64,000 nt of DNA, taken from the NCBI GenBank assembly GCA_963699445.1, contig CAVOTX010000004.1, forward strand, positions 81,219 through 145,218. The letters are read 5' to 3'. The translations under genes were made by a program, and so were the position numbers. The DNA comes from an uncultured Planctomycetia bacterium (GTDB lineage: Bacteria; Planctomycetota; Planctomycetia; Pirellulales; PALSA-1355). Of this stretch, positions 21,198 to 33,469 are shown one piece after another; position 1 is the stretch's first letter; each line of letters opens with the position of its first letter. The notes under the pieces were generated by a model. The model saw only the letters and a list, made by a program, of their open reading frames with translations. It was not told where the DNA came from and ran no database searches.

Positions 21198-21897
21198 TTA
21201 CCGGATGCCGGCCAGGCCCGAAAAATCGCAGGCCAGCAGGGCGCCGATCGAGTCGATCGTGATATCCGCCGGCGGATAGTGGGCGATCGCCTTGGTGTCC
21301 AGGGCGTAGTGCCCTTGCTTGGGAAAGACGCTCGTCAGCCGGTCACCCCAGATCGCTTTGACGGCAGAGAGAGATGCGCAGCTTGTCGTCGACCAGCACG
21401 TAGCGCCGGGCCGGATAGCGGGCCTCGACGTCGGCCAGCTCGTGTTCTTTGTGGATGTAAATCAGCACGCGCCCGTCGACCTGGTCCCAGAGGCCGCTAC
21501 GTTCGACCTTGCGGGGCTGAAACACCACGTCCCCGTCGGACAGGATCACGGTCGGCCCCCACTGGCCGCAGTGGCGCAGCGCGTCAAACGCGCGCGGGTA
21601 CAGTCGCTGAGCAAACGGGTAGTCGACCAGATAAGACGACATGCCGAGCAGCCGCGGATTGTGCATCTGCCGCAAGCGATAGCGCTGCAGCGCGCCGAGA
21701 TAGTCGGCATATCCGACTTCGCTCCGCAGTCGCTCGAAAATCTCGCGATACAAGTCCCGATCGGCGGTGCCGAACTCGGCGGCGATCTGATCGAACAGAT
21801 CCTGTTGAATCCGATCGTTGTCGAGCAATGTATTGTCGACATCGAACAAAAAGACGACTGCTGGTATTTCCGGCAAGCGAGATGTCTCCCTGGGCAC
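21198..21897 (-). CDS. HAD-superfamily hydrolase
   Basis: Motif I is VVFLFDVDNTLLDND, and a later motif is VILSDGD. The C-terminus KAIWGDRLTSVFPKQGHYALD...GLAGIR appears after one frame break near ~21365. The start codon is uncertain. Confidence 0.7.
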
Positions 21898-22309
21898 ACA
21901 ACAGGCTTCGCCATCACCAGGCCGATTATACCCAGGCAATCGCCGCCGCCCAGGTATCTCCCCGCCGGAGCTGGGTCTGCGGGCGTAACCTTTGTCCGAC
22001 GGATGACATTCCACGGTCGGAGGGATTCGGCGCCGATATTCGCCCAGAACGGTCGCCTTGCAAAGAACGCCGGGCGAATTCATTTTCCTGACTCAGAAAT
22101 TTGACGACCGCCGGGGCCCCGTAGGAGAATACTGCGGAGCGCGCGTCGAAGCCCGTAGGGTTCGCTGTGCGGACGGCCCATAGCGGATCAGCTGCCCGGC
22201 GGTTTGACAGGCGCCGTAGGGTCCGCTGTGCGGACCGAATGTGCGCCCGTGTGGCAGACAAAGATGGTCCGCACAGCAGACCCTACCACTTTCCAACGAA
22301 GGCACACCG

Positions 22310-25300
22310 ATGAAAAACTTTGCTGTCCGCACCGCCTTGGCCGTGCCCGTTCTTGTTTGGCTGGTGGCGGCCGCATCCCAGGCGCGGGGCGAGTTGCAGA
22401 TCCTGCTGCCGCTGGCGCGCAAGGCCTATCAAACCAACGAAGTGATCGATGTGTCGGTCGTTCGCTCCGGGTCCGCGGCGCTGCCGGCCGGCGACCTGCG
22501 GCTATCGGTCGATTGGCGACGAGCGGCAGCCGCGCGTCGTTCGAATTCCCGCTTCCGGCCGTCGCGGTCAATGACAAGGATGCCCGCGATACGGTCCATT
22601 TGCACCTCAACGGCTGGCTGCTGCGGCCGGGCAAGTACACGCTGGAAGTCGCGGCCGACGGTGCGACGGCGAGAGCCGACATCGACGTTCACAGCCACGT
22701 GCGGCAAAGCTCGTTCAAGCTGATCAATGGGGTAGCCGAGCCGCCAAGGCCGAGCAGGGCGTGCTGGGCGAGCAAAGCCTGGGTCTGAACCTGATCTATG
22801 CCTCCTATGGCGGCCTTGAGCCCGATGAACTGATCCGCACCGGCTCCGACTACATGTGGTGCTGCACGATGAGCGGCGCCCACCAGATGGACATTCGCTC
22901 GAATGCGATTGGTCGGATCCCTACGTGCTGCGGGGCGGCACGGCCGCGTGGTCGCGCGCGGGCACTGCAAGACCGCACCCGCCCCAACGCCGTCGGCGTC
23001 CACTTCTACGACGAGCCGGGACTGACCTGGTTGAAACATCCGACCACCGGCCTGACGGTGCCGCTCAACATGCCCTGCGCAGGATCGCGGCGTTTCGATC
23101 GCATCTTCGGCCAGGAGCCGACCACCAATACCAGGACGTCGATGCCGCACAACCCGACCTGGTCCGCCGCTGGAAGCGACATGGGCCGCTGGAATGGGCA
23201 ATTCATGGACGCGGCCTGGAAAGACTCGCAGTTCGGCGTCAGTCGCGTGCAGCCCGACATCCTGTCGGTCACGCAAAGCCAGTACGGCGGCACGGCCTAT
23301 GCCGACGGCTATTACTTCAACGTGGTCCGGTCGCTGCCGGTCGATCAGCGGCCACGGCGGCTACGACGACTACGGACTGCTGCTATCACAATCCGGCCTA
23401 CACGTTCCAGCTCGGCCGCATGCGGCAATACGACAAGCCGAACTGGTATCTGCCGATGCTGGTACGGCAACGAACCGTCGGACCGCTTCCGCATGGAGCA
23501 GTATCTGTCGTTCATGGACAACCTGCAGGGCATGGCCGTGCCGCCGGACGATCCCGGTGCAAAACCCGGAGTCCGTGCCGGGCACCGAGGGCGTGGTCGA
23601 GTCGAATTTGTTGATGGCCCGGCTGGGCACGATCTTCACCACCCAGCCCGTCGATCGCGGCGAAGTGGCGGTGCTCGACTCGCTCTCCCAGGCGCTGGAC
23701 GCCGAAGTGCGCAACATGAAGGTCGACATCAACCGGGCGTCGTACGAGGCGGGCGGCCACAATCGAAACGCGCTAGGTTTGGTTTACCTGGCCAGCCGCA
23801 TGATTCAAACCCAGATCTATCCGATCGTCGAAGAGGACGTCGTCGACGGCACGCTGGCCGCCCAATACCGGGCCATCCTCATACCCACGGTCAATGCGCT
23901 CGAGCCGGCCGTCATCAAGTCGCTCGAGGCATTCGCCGAGAGCGGCGGGTTGGTGCTGGTCAGCGACGACTCGAAGGTTCAGATCCGGGGCGCCACCCAA
24001 CTGGGCGTGCCGACGCAAGCCGGCATCTTCGCCAAAATCGCCGAATTGTGGCCGCTGTCGCAGACCGACAAAGCCAAGTTGGCCGAACTGCAGAAACTCA
24101 ACAACGTCGGCAGCTATTACCAAGCCGCCGCGCCGATCGCCGAGGCCATCGCCGCGCGGCTCAAGGAGCGCGGCATCCGGCCGGCCTTCGTCTGCGATAA
24201 CCGCGAAGTGGCCGGCACCCGGCAAGCCTTCGGCGATCTGGAATATCTGTTCGCGGTCAATGCCGGCCTATAACCCCGCCCAGGGCGAGGCCAACTCCAT
24301 TCAAGCGACCAGCGCCATCATCTCGCTGCCGGCCGACGGCCGGCCCGTCTACGACGCGATCCAGGGAGCGCGGCCGGGCAATTCAAGTCGCAAGGGGACC
24401 AATTGGCCGCACAGTTCCGCTTCGGGCCCGGGCAAATGCGGGTCTTTGTGCGCACTGCCCGGCCGATCGGCGGCGTGCAGGTGCTCACGCCGCTGGTCAG
24501 CCGCGATTTGACGGCCGGCGAAAATCCCTTGCGCGTCCAAGTCAACGCCGCCCTGGTCGACGACGCGAAACAAGTTCTCGTCGGCTCGGCTCCGTTGCGG
24601 ATCCGCTTGCTCGATCCATCGGGCGGCGTGCGCTACGACCTGTATCGGGCGACCGACCAGGGAACGCTCAAACTGACGCTGCCTTTGGCGGCCGACGATC
24701 CGCCCGGCAAGTGGAAGGTCGTGGTTCAGGAACTCTTGAACAACTCCGAGAGTTCCGCCGTTTTCAACTACACCGTGGCCGCCCAATGCGGCGCGATCGC
24801 CGGCCGAACGCCTCGGGCAGTGTCGTTCGGTGACGACCGCGAGAACATCTTCCGGTTCTTTCAAACTTTCAAGGACGTGACGATCGTCACCGGCACAAGC
24901 GCGTACAACGCGGCCGCCGCCGATCGGCTCGTCAAGAATCTGCTTCCTTGGGGTGTTCGTGCCAAAATCATGCCCGTGGCCGAAGCCGCCAAGCCGCGGC
25001 CGATCTCCGAGGACGAGGCGCCGACCTGGGTCGGACTCGACCCGGGCCGCGCCAAGGCCGGCAGCGACAACCCGCTCACCGTGACCGGTTTCAACGTGCC
25101 CGGCCCGGTGTTGCTGCTCGGCACGCCGGCCGATAATCCGCTGATCGATTTCGCACTCAAGCAGAACTTCTTGCCTTACGTGCCCGATGCCGAAAACTTT
25201 CCCGGCCGCGGGCACGGTTACCTGGCCTGGCAGCGCGATGCCGTCGGCTACGCTCTGGAGTCGATCACCATGATCGCGTACGACGAGGCGGGCATGAGCG

Positions 25301-25855
25301 AGGCGGTCGGCTCGTTGCAGGAAGACGTGTCGGCTTTCACGCCGCTGGTGCGCTGGGACGCGCCGATCTCGAATCGCGTGGCGCCGGCCAGCAAGACTGC
25401 CAGCGGCGTGCCCGAGGCCAAGGTTGTCTGGCAATTCGCGCGTCTCCGACCGCGCCGTGGCGCTCAAGGCCGAGCCCAACGGACAGATCACGGCCCTGGC
25501 GCTGGACGACACGCTGGCTCGAGTGGCCGCGGACGGCAAGCTGTTGGGCCAGGAAGTGCTCGCCCACGACGCGGCGCTGCAAGCAGCCAAGACTCTGCCA
25601 GCCGCAGCCGATACGGCCGCCGCGGAAGCTGCCGCGAAACAGCAGATTCCCGGCTTGCTCGTCAAGCGATCGGTGAGCGCAGCGGGCCGCACGGCGATCG
25701 CCTATTGGGGCGGAACGCTCCGGATCGTCGACGCCGCCGGCGCCGTCAAGTCGCAGCAGCGATTCGCCCAGGACATCACGGCCCTGACCTTTGCCGGCGA
25801 CAAGCTGGTCGTGGCGCTGGCCGACGGCAAATTGCTCGAGCTGAAAATCGAATGA
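22310..25855 (+). CDS. Large secreted protein of unknown function (~1180 aa)
   Basis: Signal peptide MKNFAVRTALAVPVLVWLVAAASQARG. Coding-like sequence can be followed through ORFs 22204.., 22761.., 22856.., 23194.., 24403.. and 25424..25855, so at least 8 frame breaks. It ends ...DGKLLELKIE, overlapping the next start (ATGA). Confidence 0.6.
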
Positions 25856-27013
25856 AGAATCTCGCAACGCGGCGCCGCCTGTCGGCCCGCTCGACCATGC
25901 ACGCCGCCTATGGTTTGCTGCTCGGCGTCGTTGCCGCGAACTGCGGGCACGCCGGCGAGCCGGCCAAACCGCAGCGGATCGCATTTCTCGGCGATTCGAT
26001 CACCGACGGGTTCACCTATCCGCTCTTGATCCGGCAGGCACTCGGAGAAGCCGGCCGGCCTGTGCCCACCTGCATCGACGCCGGCGTGGCCGCCGATACG
26101 GCACAGATGATGCGCCAGCGCCTGGACCGCGACGTGCTGGCGCACGGGCCGACGCTGGTAACGCTCAGCGTCGGCGTGAATGACGTGAATCGCAACATGC
26201 CGCTCGCCGAATTCGAAGCCGACATTCGCACCATCGCCGACTCGCTCGAAGCCCGCGGGATTCCGCTGGTCGTCATGACGACCAGCGTGCTGGGGCCCAA
26301 GCTGGCGGAGGCCGACAAGCGACTGGACGACTTCAACGCCATTCTCCGCCACATCGCCAAGGATCACGGCTACGTTGTGGCCGAAGTCAACCAGTCGATG
26401 CGCCGCGCTCGCGACGCCGGCCAGGATCTGCTCGAAGCGGATCAAATCCATCTCAGCTTCGAGGGCTATCGCGTCATGACCCGGGCACTGCTTGACGCCC
26501 TCGGACATGCCGACGTGCCAGTGCCCCAGCGGCAGAACTCGAGCTGATGCCGGGCGTCGTGCGCGGGTGGCGGATCCGCGCCGTGGCCGACGACCGGCCG
26601 CTCGACGAAGCTCAAGCCCGGGCGATCGAACCGGACGCCGGCTGGATGCAGTACGAACTTCCGGAGCGGACGCCACAGAAACATTGGTGGCCCGAACAGG
26701 AGCGGCAGCGCGGCTTTGCCATGTCGCTGGCGGACGTCATCGTGCAGATGTCGACCCGGCGCAGCGGCCCCGGCGGTTTCAGGCCTGGGCCACGGTCGAG
26801 GCCGACGCTTCACGGCAGGTGTACTTCAACACCGGCGCGAACTTACAATCCATCTGGCTCAACGGCCGGCGGATTTTCGCGCTCGATGGATTCACCGGTT
26901 GGCACGCCGGCAAGGAGCGGATCGCGGCCCGGCTCGAGCAGGGTCGAAACGTCGTGCTGATCGAGACCGGCAACGAGTTTTTCTTGAGCATTACCGATGA
27001 GAATACCTGGTAG
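25852..27013 (+). CDS. SGNH/GDSL hydrolase with a C-terminal beta-sandwich-like extension
   Basis: Block I is IAFLGDSITDG, followed by LVTLSVGVNDV and DQIHLSFEGY. The C-terminal part (VRGWRIRAV...YFNTGANLQSIWLNGRRIF) is reached through 2 frame breaks (~26540 and ~26760). Confidence 0.75.
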
Positions 27014-27084
27014 CGGCGAAAAGCCCGCTGACCTGTTTCACCCCACAGGGCCCACTCCACGGAGCCCACCCAACAAGGCCCGCC

Positions 27085-28309
27085 ATGAAACGCAAACCCG
27101 AAGTGATCGACCGCCGCAACCTGTTCTTCTCCTCCGCCGCGCTGGCCGCCGGCGCCTTGCTGCTCGACGAGAGCACCGCTGCGGCCGACAATCCGGCGGC
27201 CAACGTCGTCGATCGGCTGACGAGTTTGAAAATCACGGGCCTCAAGGCCACCCGCGTCGGCACCAAGGCCTATTTCAAGATCGAAACCAATCACAAGGTC
27301 ACCGGCTGGGGCGAGGTCACCGGCCTCGATCCGAAGGTCTCCTGCGCCCTGGCCGAGTCGTTGTTCGAGTTGCTCGACGGCGAGAACCCGACGCGCGATC
27401 GAGCACCTCTGGCAAAAGCATGTACCGCTCGCATCGCGACATGCGCGGCGGCCCGTTCATGGTCCACACGATCTCCGGCCATCGACATGGCCTTGTGGGA
27501 CATCACCGGCAAACTGCTGGGGCGTGCCGGTCTACCGCCTGCTGGGCGGCCGACGTCGCGACAAGATCCGCATGTATCCGACGCCGAAGGCCCACAAGAC
27601 CGGCACCGGCGGTCCGCACCCCTGGTCTCGCGGCAATCCGACGACATCCAGCGCCTGGTCGATGCCGGTCGAGGACACGCGCAAACGCGTCGGGCCTGAC
27701 GGCGCGGTCATGTTCGACGCCCACTGCGCCGTGCCGCCGCCGATGCTGCTGCAGTTCGCCGCGGCCATCGAGCCCTACGACGTGCTGTTCATCGAGGAGC
27801 CGGCCGTGCCGGGCAACATCGAGGTGTTCAAGCGGCTCAAGCAGCACGATCCGCGATGCCGATCGCCACCGGCGAGCGCGACCGCACCATCTGGGACGTG
27901 ATGCCGTACCTGCAGGAGCGCTGCATCGACATCCTGCAGCCCGACTGCGGCCACACCGGCGGCATCACGCAGATGAAGAAGATCGCCACGCTGGCCGAGA
28001 CGTTCTTCGTGCCGATGGCGCCGCACTACACCTGCTCGGAACTCGGGCCTGTCGGCCAGCCTGCACGTCGCGGCCTCGATGCCGCTGTTCCTGATCCACG
28101 AAGGCTATCTCGACGGCCACATCATGCCGCCCGGCGTGGCCCGCAAGCAATGGGAGATCGACAAGGACGGCTATGCTTCGCTGCCGCAGGGCCCGGGGCT
28201 GGGCGTCGAAATCGACGAAGCGGCGATCGAAAAAGTGAACGCCGATCCCAACCGCAAGTACAAATGGCCGATTGCCGACAGTCCCGACGGCTCGGTGCGG
28301 GATTACTGA
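27085..28309 (+). CDS. Enolase-superfamily enzyme (mandelate racemase / galactonate dehydratase-like) with a TAT-type signal
   Basis: RRNLFFSSAALAAGALLL at the N-terminus. Family motifs IDMALWDITGKLLG, VMFDAHCA, LFIEEP, IATGER and LQPDCGHTGGIT. At least 7 frame breaks. Confidence 0.8.
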
Positions 28310-28331
28310 GCAATCCGGCCGTCGGGCGACG

Positions 28332-28848
28332 TCAGCGCGGTTTCGTCTGCCTCGCCTGCAGCCGTGGCTTGTTTTCGGTCGACGGAGGTTTGAGCAGGGC
28401 TTCCACCAGCCGCGAGCGGACGATATCGACGATCCACAACGGGTCGTCAACCGCCCGGTCGAGCAACCAGGCACAGACCTTGGCCCGGGTGAGATCCTGC
28501 TGCCTGGCGATGCGTCCGATCCGGTCGGCCACGTCGACTGCCAGCGGCACTTGCAGCAAGACGATCTCCGCAGCCGGCTGTCCGAACAACCGCACGACGG
28601 GCGGGGCGTGGGCGGCGGACTCGTCCACCCGCTCGCGCTGGCGCATCGACAATCATGGCGCCCGCCTGGCGTTCGCACTCCGACGCCCCGTCGAGCAGGA
28701 ATGCGGCGGCCTTTCCGGTCGGCTGGCCAAAGATCGAGCCGAAGTGCTCGATTTTCCTGGCGACGTCGCGGCTCAAATAGAATTGCAGACGCACGCTGCT
28801 GCGTCTGCCCGGCACATTTGTCTCTGAGTCTGATGAAATCGAGTCCAT
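28332..28848 (-). CDS. Hypothetical protein with two ribbon-helix-helix-like repeats
   Basis: Repeats VRLQFYLSRDVARKIEHFGSIFGQPTGKAAAFLL and IVLLQVPLAVDVADRIGRIARQQDLTRAKVCAWLL. One frame break near ~28650. The gene starts 7 nt after the sbtB-like stop. Confidence 0.5.
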
Positions 28849-28854
28849 TCGTGG

Positions 28855-29169
28855 TTAATCCGGGGTTTTGCGGAAATGTTTGCCGCGCATCACGTCGACG
28901 TTCGTCACCCAAGCGACGATCGCGTAGTGCTCGAAATAGTTTTCCGCCACGTAGGTCATGATTGCCGTGGCCACCTCGGCCGGGCAAACGACTTTCATCT
29001 GGAAGTTTTCGCTGAACATGTCATCGTGGCGCGCCTCGCGCAATCCCTTGCCCTCGGTGGGGTGGTAGCTGCAGCCGGTGGCGCCGAGCTCCAACACCTT
29101 TTGGATCATCTGATCCTTGAGGAATTTCTCCGCGATGATCGTGATCAACTTCATCGACTCGAGTTGCAT
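28855..29169 (-). CDS. sbtB: SbtB-like P-II family signalling protein
   Basis: Intact 104-aa ORF. KLITIIAEKFLKDQMIQKVLELGATGCSY...GKG...MKVVCPAEVATAIMTYVAENYFEHYAIVAWV matches the P-II fold pattern. It lies directly downstream of an SbtA-family permease. Confidence 0.75.
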   Translation of the reverse strand: MQLESMKLITIIAEKFLKDQMIQKVLELGATGCSYHPTEGKGLREARHDDMFSENFQMKVVCPAEVATAIMTYVAENYFEHYAIVAWVTNVDVMRGKHFRKTPD

Positions 29170-29266
29170 GGAATGCTCCGAGGGAAGAGAACCTGCGGCC
29201 TTTGTTTATTATCTGTCGATCGTCGTCGGAATCGTCAGCCGGGGCAGCTGCCCGCGGCGGCCGGTT

Positions 29267-30347
29267 TCAGGTCGCGCCCAGCATTTTTGACATCTCGTAG
29301 TACAACGGAATGCCAAAGGCGATATTGAACGGAAACGTGATGGCCAGGGCCGCGGTAATCGAAAGCGTGGGATTTGCCTCGGGCAGCGTCAGCCGCACGG
29401 CCGGCGGGGCCGCGATGTACGAAGCGCTGGAGACGATGGCCGCGAACACGGTGCAGCCGCCCAGGTTCATGCCGGCCATGTGCCCCAAGAACGCGCCGAA
29501 GAAGCCGTGAACGATCGGCAACAAAATGCCGAACCCGATCAAAAACGCCCCGGCCTTCTTCAGATCGGCCAGCCGTTCGCCGGCCACGAGTCCCATTTCC
29601 AGCAGGAAAATACAGAGGGCTCCGCGGAAGATCATGCCCTTGGCGTAGAAGAAATCGTGGAACGGATCGAAACCCTTGGCCAGGTTGCCTTGCGAGTCCC
29701 GCATGAAGACCGTCGAGACGTAGCCGATCACCAACATTCCGCCCATGAGCATGATCGACTGCCCGGTGATCACTTCGTACAGAGCTTCTCCCAGCCGGCC
29801 TTCGGTTTCCTCTCGGGCTTCCAGCACGCTTTCGCCGCTTTTTTCAGCGTGCCGCCTTGGCCGAGAACACGGCCCCAATGGCCAACGCGATGGCAATGCC
29901 CGGACACTCCAAAATCGTGACCAGCGTGGGCAAATAGCCATTGGGTTTGGCCCCGGCCTGTTCGGCGAAGGCCAGCGCCACCGCGAACGTGACGGCCGAT
30001 GTCGAACCGTAGTGGGCGGCGATGCCGGCCGAGTCGGCCACCGAAAAACGTCCCAAATCGCGCAGCACGAGGTAGGCGGAAATGGGCGTCAGGCAGCCCA
30101 GAATCAGCGTGACCAGGGCGGGCTGCCAGATGGTCGTAAGCCCATGTTCGCCGACTTCCTTGGCGAGCTCGTGACCGCCGATGAAGCCGATCGACATGAG
30201 CAGAAAAATCGAAATCGAATAATAGAGTTCCTTGGGAATCTTGATGCCGCCATGAATGACCTTGCAGAAGATGCCCAGGGCAAAACAAAGCGGGATCGGC
30301 GTGAGCAGATTCTCGCCGAGGGTGTGAAGGATTTTGGAAGCGTCCAT
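29267..30347 (-). CDS. sbtA: SbtA-family (DUF897) sodium-dependent bicarbonate transporter-like permease
   Basis: Starts MDASKILHTLGENLLTPIPLCFALGIF. Also ADSAGIAAHYGSTSAVTF and an internal repeat half ending SSASYIAAPPAVRLTLPEANP. One frame break near ~29855. Confidence 0.75.
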
Positions 30348-30817
30348 CCTGAAAATACCTCGCCGGTTTTGATTTGTTCGCTCTCCGCGCACAGTGCCTG
30401 CCTCATGGGCCGCCGCTGCCGGGTTTGCTGGCAATGCGGCCTCTCACGCATCAATTTAGACCGCGGCCGCAGCATGAGCAAACGCAATTCCGGGCCTCTG
30501 TCCCTTAAGGAATTGTAATGTTGCCGGTGACCTGAAAACGGGCACTTGATTCGCGGCCACGGCGGAAACCGGAGGCTGCTCTCGGGACAAATCGTTCTAG
30601 GCCGCAACGGCAGCCATCTGTTATGCTTTTTGAGTTGCCTCGGCGGCACTTGCGTCCTCGGCGGTCCAAATCGTCGCTGCGGTGCGTTTTGCCCCGATGG
30701 CCGCAAGGCGAATCGCGCACGGCGGGAGTCCGAGACAGGAAACGGAATTGCCCGCTCGCGACACGCCAGCAGCACCCGGCGGAACCAGACAATTGCCTTA
30801 CGGAAAGGGTTCTTGAA

Positions 30818-31597
30818 ATGAATCTCAGGTTAGCCATAGGAGTGGTGGTGGGGGTGGTGGCGGCGCAATTCTTCGCCGGGCCGAGCGGTGCCCAGGAAAA
30901 GACCACAAAGAAGCCGGCCGAACTCAAGAGCGTGAAAGACAAAGCCGCCTATGCCATCGGCATGAATTCCGCCAGCAGCATTCGCCGCATCAACGAAGCC
31001 CAATCGCTGGGCCTCGATCCGGAGACGATTCTCCGCGGCTTCCGCGATGCGCTGGGCCCGGGCAAGCCGCAACTAACCGCCGAAGCCATGGAGGAAGCGC
31101 TGCAGAAACTAGAGGAAGAAGTGGCCGAGCGAAACGCCGCGGCAGGCGAGGCCTTTTTGACCGCCAACAAAAGCAAGCCGGGAGTCAAAACGTTGCCCAG
31201 CGGATTGCAGGTCAAGGTCCTGAAAAAAGGGACCGGCAAGAAACCCAGATTCACCGACACGGTGGTGGTTCATTACCGCGGCAAAACCGTCGACGGCAAA
31301 GAGTTCGAGAGCTCGTACGAGACAAACCAGCCCGCGACGCTCCCGGTGAATCAAGTCATGCAGGGCTGGGCCGAAGCCTTGCAATTGATGGACGTGGGCT
31401 CGAAATGGGAGATCTACATTCCCTCCGACCTGGCTTATGGCCCCACGCCCCACGAGAAATTCGGGCCCAATTCGGCTCTGGTCTTCGAACTCGAACTGGT
31501 CGACATCGCCAAGGCGAATCCCCAATTGCCCGCCGGCAGCCTGCCCGCAGCGCCGAAGGGCCGGCCGGCGAGCAAGCCGGAAGAAGTCGAAAACTGA
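30818..31597 (+). CDS. fkpA: FKBP-type peptidyl-prolyl isomerase (FkpA/Mip-like), secreted
   Basis: Intact ORF with a signal peptide. It has an N-terminal dimerisation-helix region, then GLQVKVLKKGTGKKPRFTDTVVVHYRGKTVDGKEFESSY...VMQGWAEALQLMDVGSKWEIYIPSDLAYG. Confidence 0.85.
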   Translation: MNLRLAIGVVVGVVAAQFFAGPSGAQEKTTKKPAELKSVKDKAAYAIGMNSASSIRRINEAQSLGLDPETILRGFRDALGPGKPQLTAEAMEEALQKLEEEVAERNAAAGEAFLTANKSKPGVKTLPSGLQVKVLKKGTGKKPRFTDTVVVHYRGKTVDGKEFESSYETNQPATLPVNQVMQGWAEALQLMDVGSKWEIYIPSDLAYGPTPHEKFGPNSALVFELELVDIAKANPQLPAGSLPAAPKGRPASKPEEVEN

Positions 31598-31635
31598 GTT
31601 GGCGAGCCGGCTGCCTGCGCAGCGGATGTGACCGG

Positions 31636-33243
31636 TCAATCTGCCTGCGGCGCCGCCTCGGGCCGCCCGTCGTCGCCGACTTGCTCGGCCGTTTCATCGG
31701 CCGGATGCAACGTGACGGTGCGCACCCGGCCGCCGGTCTCGACGGCGAGATCGATCGGGCCGGCGAGCGTCGCCGCCAGGCTGCGAAACTCATCGACCGA
31801 CGCGAAGGCGCGCCCGCCGATGCGGTGAATCCGGTCATTGACCCGCAACCCGGCCACGTCGGCCGGAGAACCCGACAGGACGCGATTGAGAATCGGCAAG
31901 CCGGGCTCGGCATCGTCCGTGCGCCAGGTGATCCCCAGCCGCGACGGGCTGCCCGACAGGGTCAGGGTGGCCTCGGCCGGCTCGTCGCTGCCGGGGCGCT
32001 GGAAACGGACGATCACTGGATTCTTGGCCGCCAAGACAATGGCTCGAAAGCCGTCGGGCGAATCGATTTTCCAGCCGCCGAATTGCCGGATGTGGTCGCC
32101 CGGCTTCAGTCCGGCGGTGGCCGCGGGACCAGCGCGATCGAGCGACGCAATGACGACCCCCTCGCCGGGCGCAGTCTCGGGGTCCGGCGCAGCCCTAAAC
32201 GGCTGGCCGGCAGGCTCAGCGGTTTCTCGACGTCGGCTTGCGTCAGCGGCGATTCGGTCTGCGACTGCTCGCGGAAGCCGCCGAGTTGGGGAGCCTCGGC
32301 CAGGTCGTCGACGACCAGAAACAGCAGCTGTGCGATTTGCTTCAGGCCTTCGCGGTTGATCCGTTCCACGTCGTCGCTGGGACGATGGTAATCGCCGTGC
32401 AGTCCGGTATGGATCAGCAGCGCCGGAATGCGCCGCTTATAGAACGTATAGTGATCGCTGTTGCTCTTCATTTCCCAGGAGAAATCGATCAGCAGGCTCG
32501 GCTCGACGTTGTCGCTGCTGAAAATTTGCCGCAAACCGCTTGTGGTGCGGCTGCCGTAGATTTCCAATCGATTGGCGCGCAGCCGGCCGACCATGTCGGC
32601 ATTGACCACCAGCCGGACGCGGCTGAGCGGCAGGGTGGGCTGCGCGGCCCAATGTTCCGATCCGAGCAAGCCTTTTTCTTCGCCGTCCCAAAAGGCGAAC
32701 AAGATCGTCCGCTTGGGCCGCTCGGGCAGCCTGCTGAAGGCCTCGACCAGCTTGAGCATGGCCGCCACGCCGCTGGCGTTGTCGTCGGCGCCGTTGTGAA
32801 TCTGGCCGATGGGGCCGAAGCTGTTTCGCCGGCTGCCATAGCCCACGTGGTCGTAGTGGCGCTGACGATCAACACTTCCTGCTTGAGCTGCGGGTCGCGT
32901 CCTTCCAGCAAGCCCAGGATGTTGCTGTATCCGCTGCCGAAGGGCTGATAGTACGAACCTTTCGCGCCTCCCCCGGGATGCCGGCGGCTTCGAACTGCTT
33001 GACGATGTACAAGCCGGCGGCTCTGCCGCCGCGACTGCCGGCTTCGCGCCCTTCGAGCGTGTCGTCGGCGAGCACGCTGACGTGCCTTTGCACTCCATCG
33101 AGCGTGATTGTCTGGCTGGCAATGTCCAGGGCCGTATGCTCGGCGCCTGCCGCGGCAGGCATCAGCCTGGTCACGGCGGCCAACAGCAGCCAGGCGCAGC
33201 GTCGTCGGCCGATCGAGTGAGATTTCAGCAGCCAGGATAACAT
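31636..33243 (-). CDS. M28-family aminopeptidase with a C-terminal PDZ domain
   Basis: Signal-like N-terminus. Motifs VSAHYDHVGYG, NGADDNASGVAAMLKL, FAFWDGEEKGLLGS and HGDYHRPSDD. PDZ-like part SGSPADVAGLRVNDRIHRIGGRAF. At least 3 frame breaks. Confidence 0.8.
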
Positions 33244-33469
33244 GGAGGCGGACTTGCTTTCGTTGGTAGCGAACTGTGACTCGACGGCGGGTGCCGGTGA
33301 CACTGCAAATATACGCCAAGATATCGGGTTTCTGCTCGGACAAACTGAGCTGTTTTGACTCGCCGGCGGCAAATCGTCAGCGCGATCGAGAGGTCTGGAC
33401 GTCTGAGCCGGCATGCCCGGCGAGCGCGGAGCGGGGCTCTTTGCCCGGGGGCAGCGGCGTGGGGAGCGA

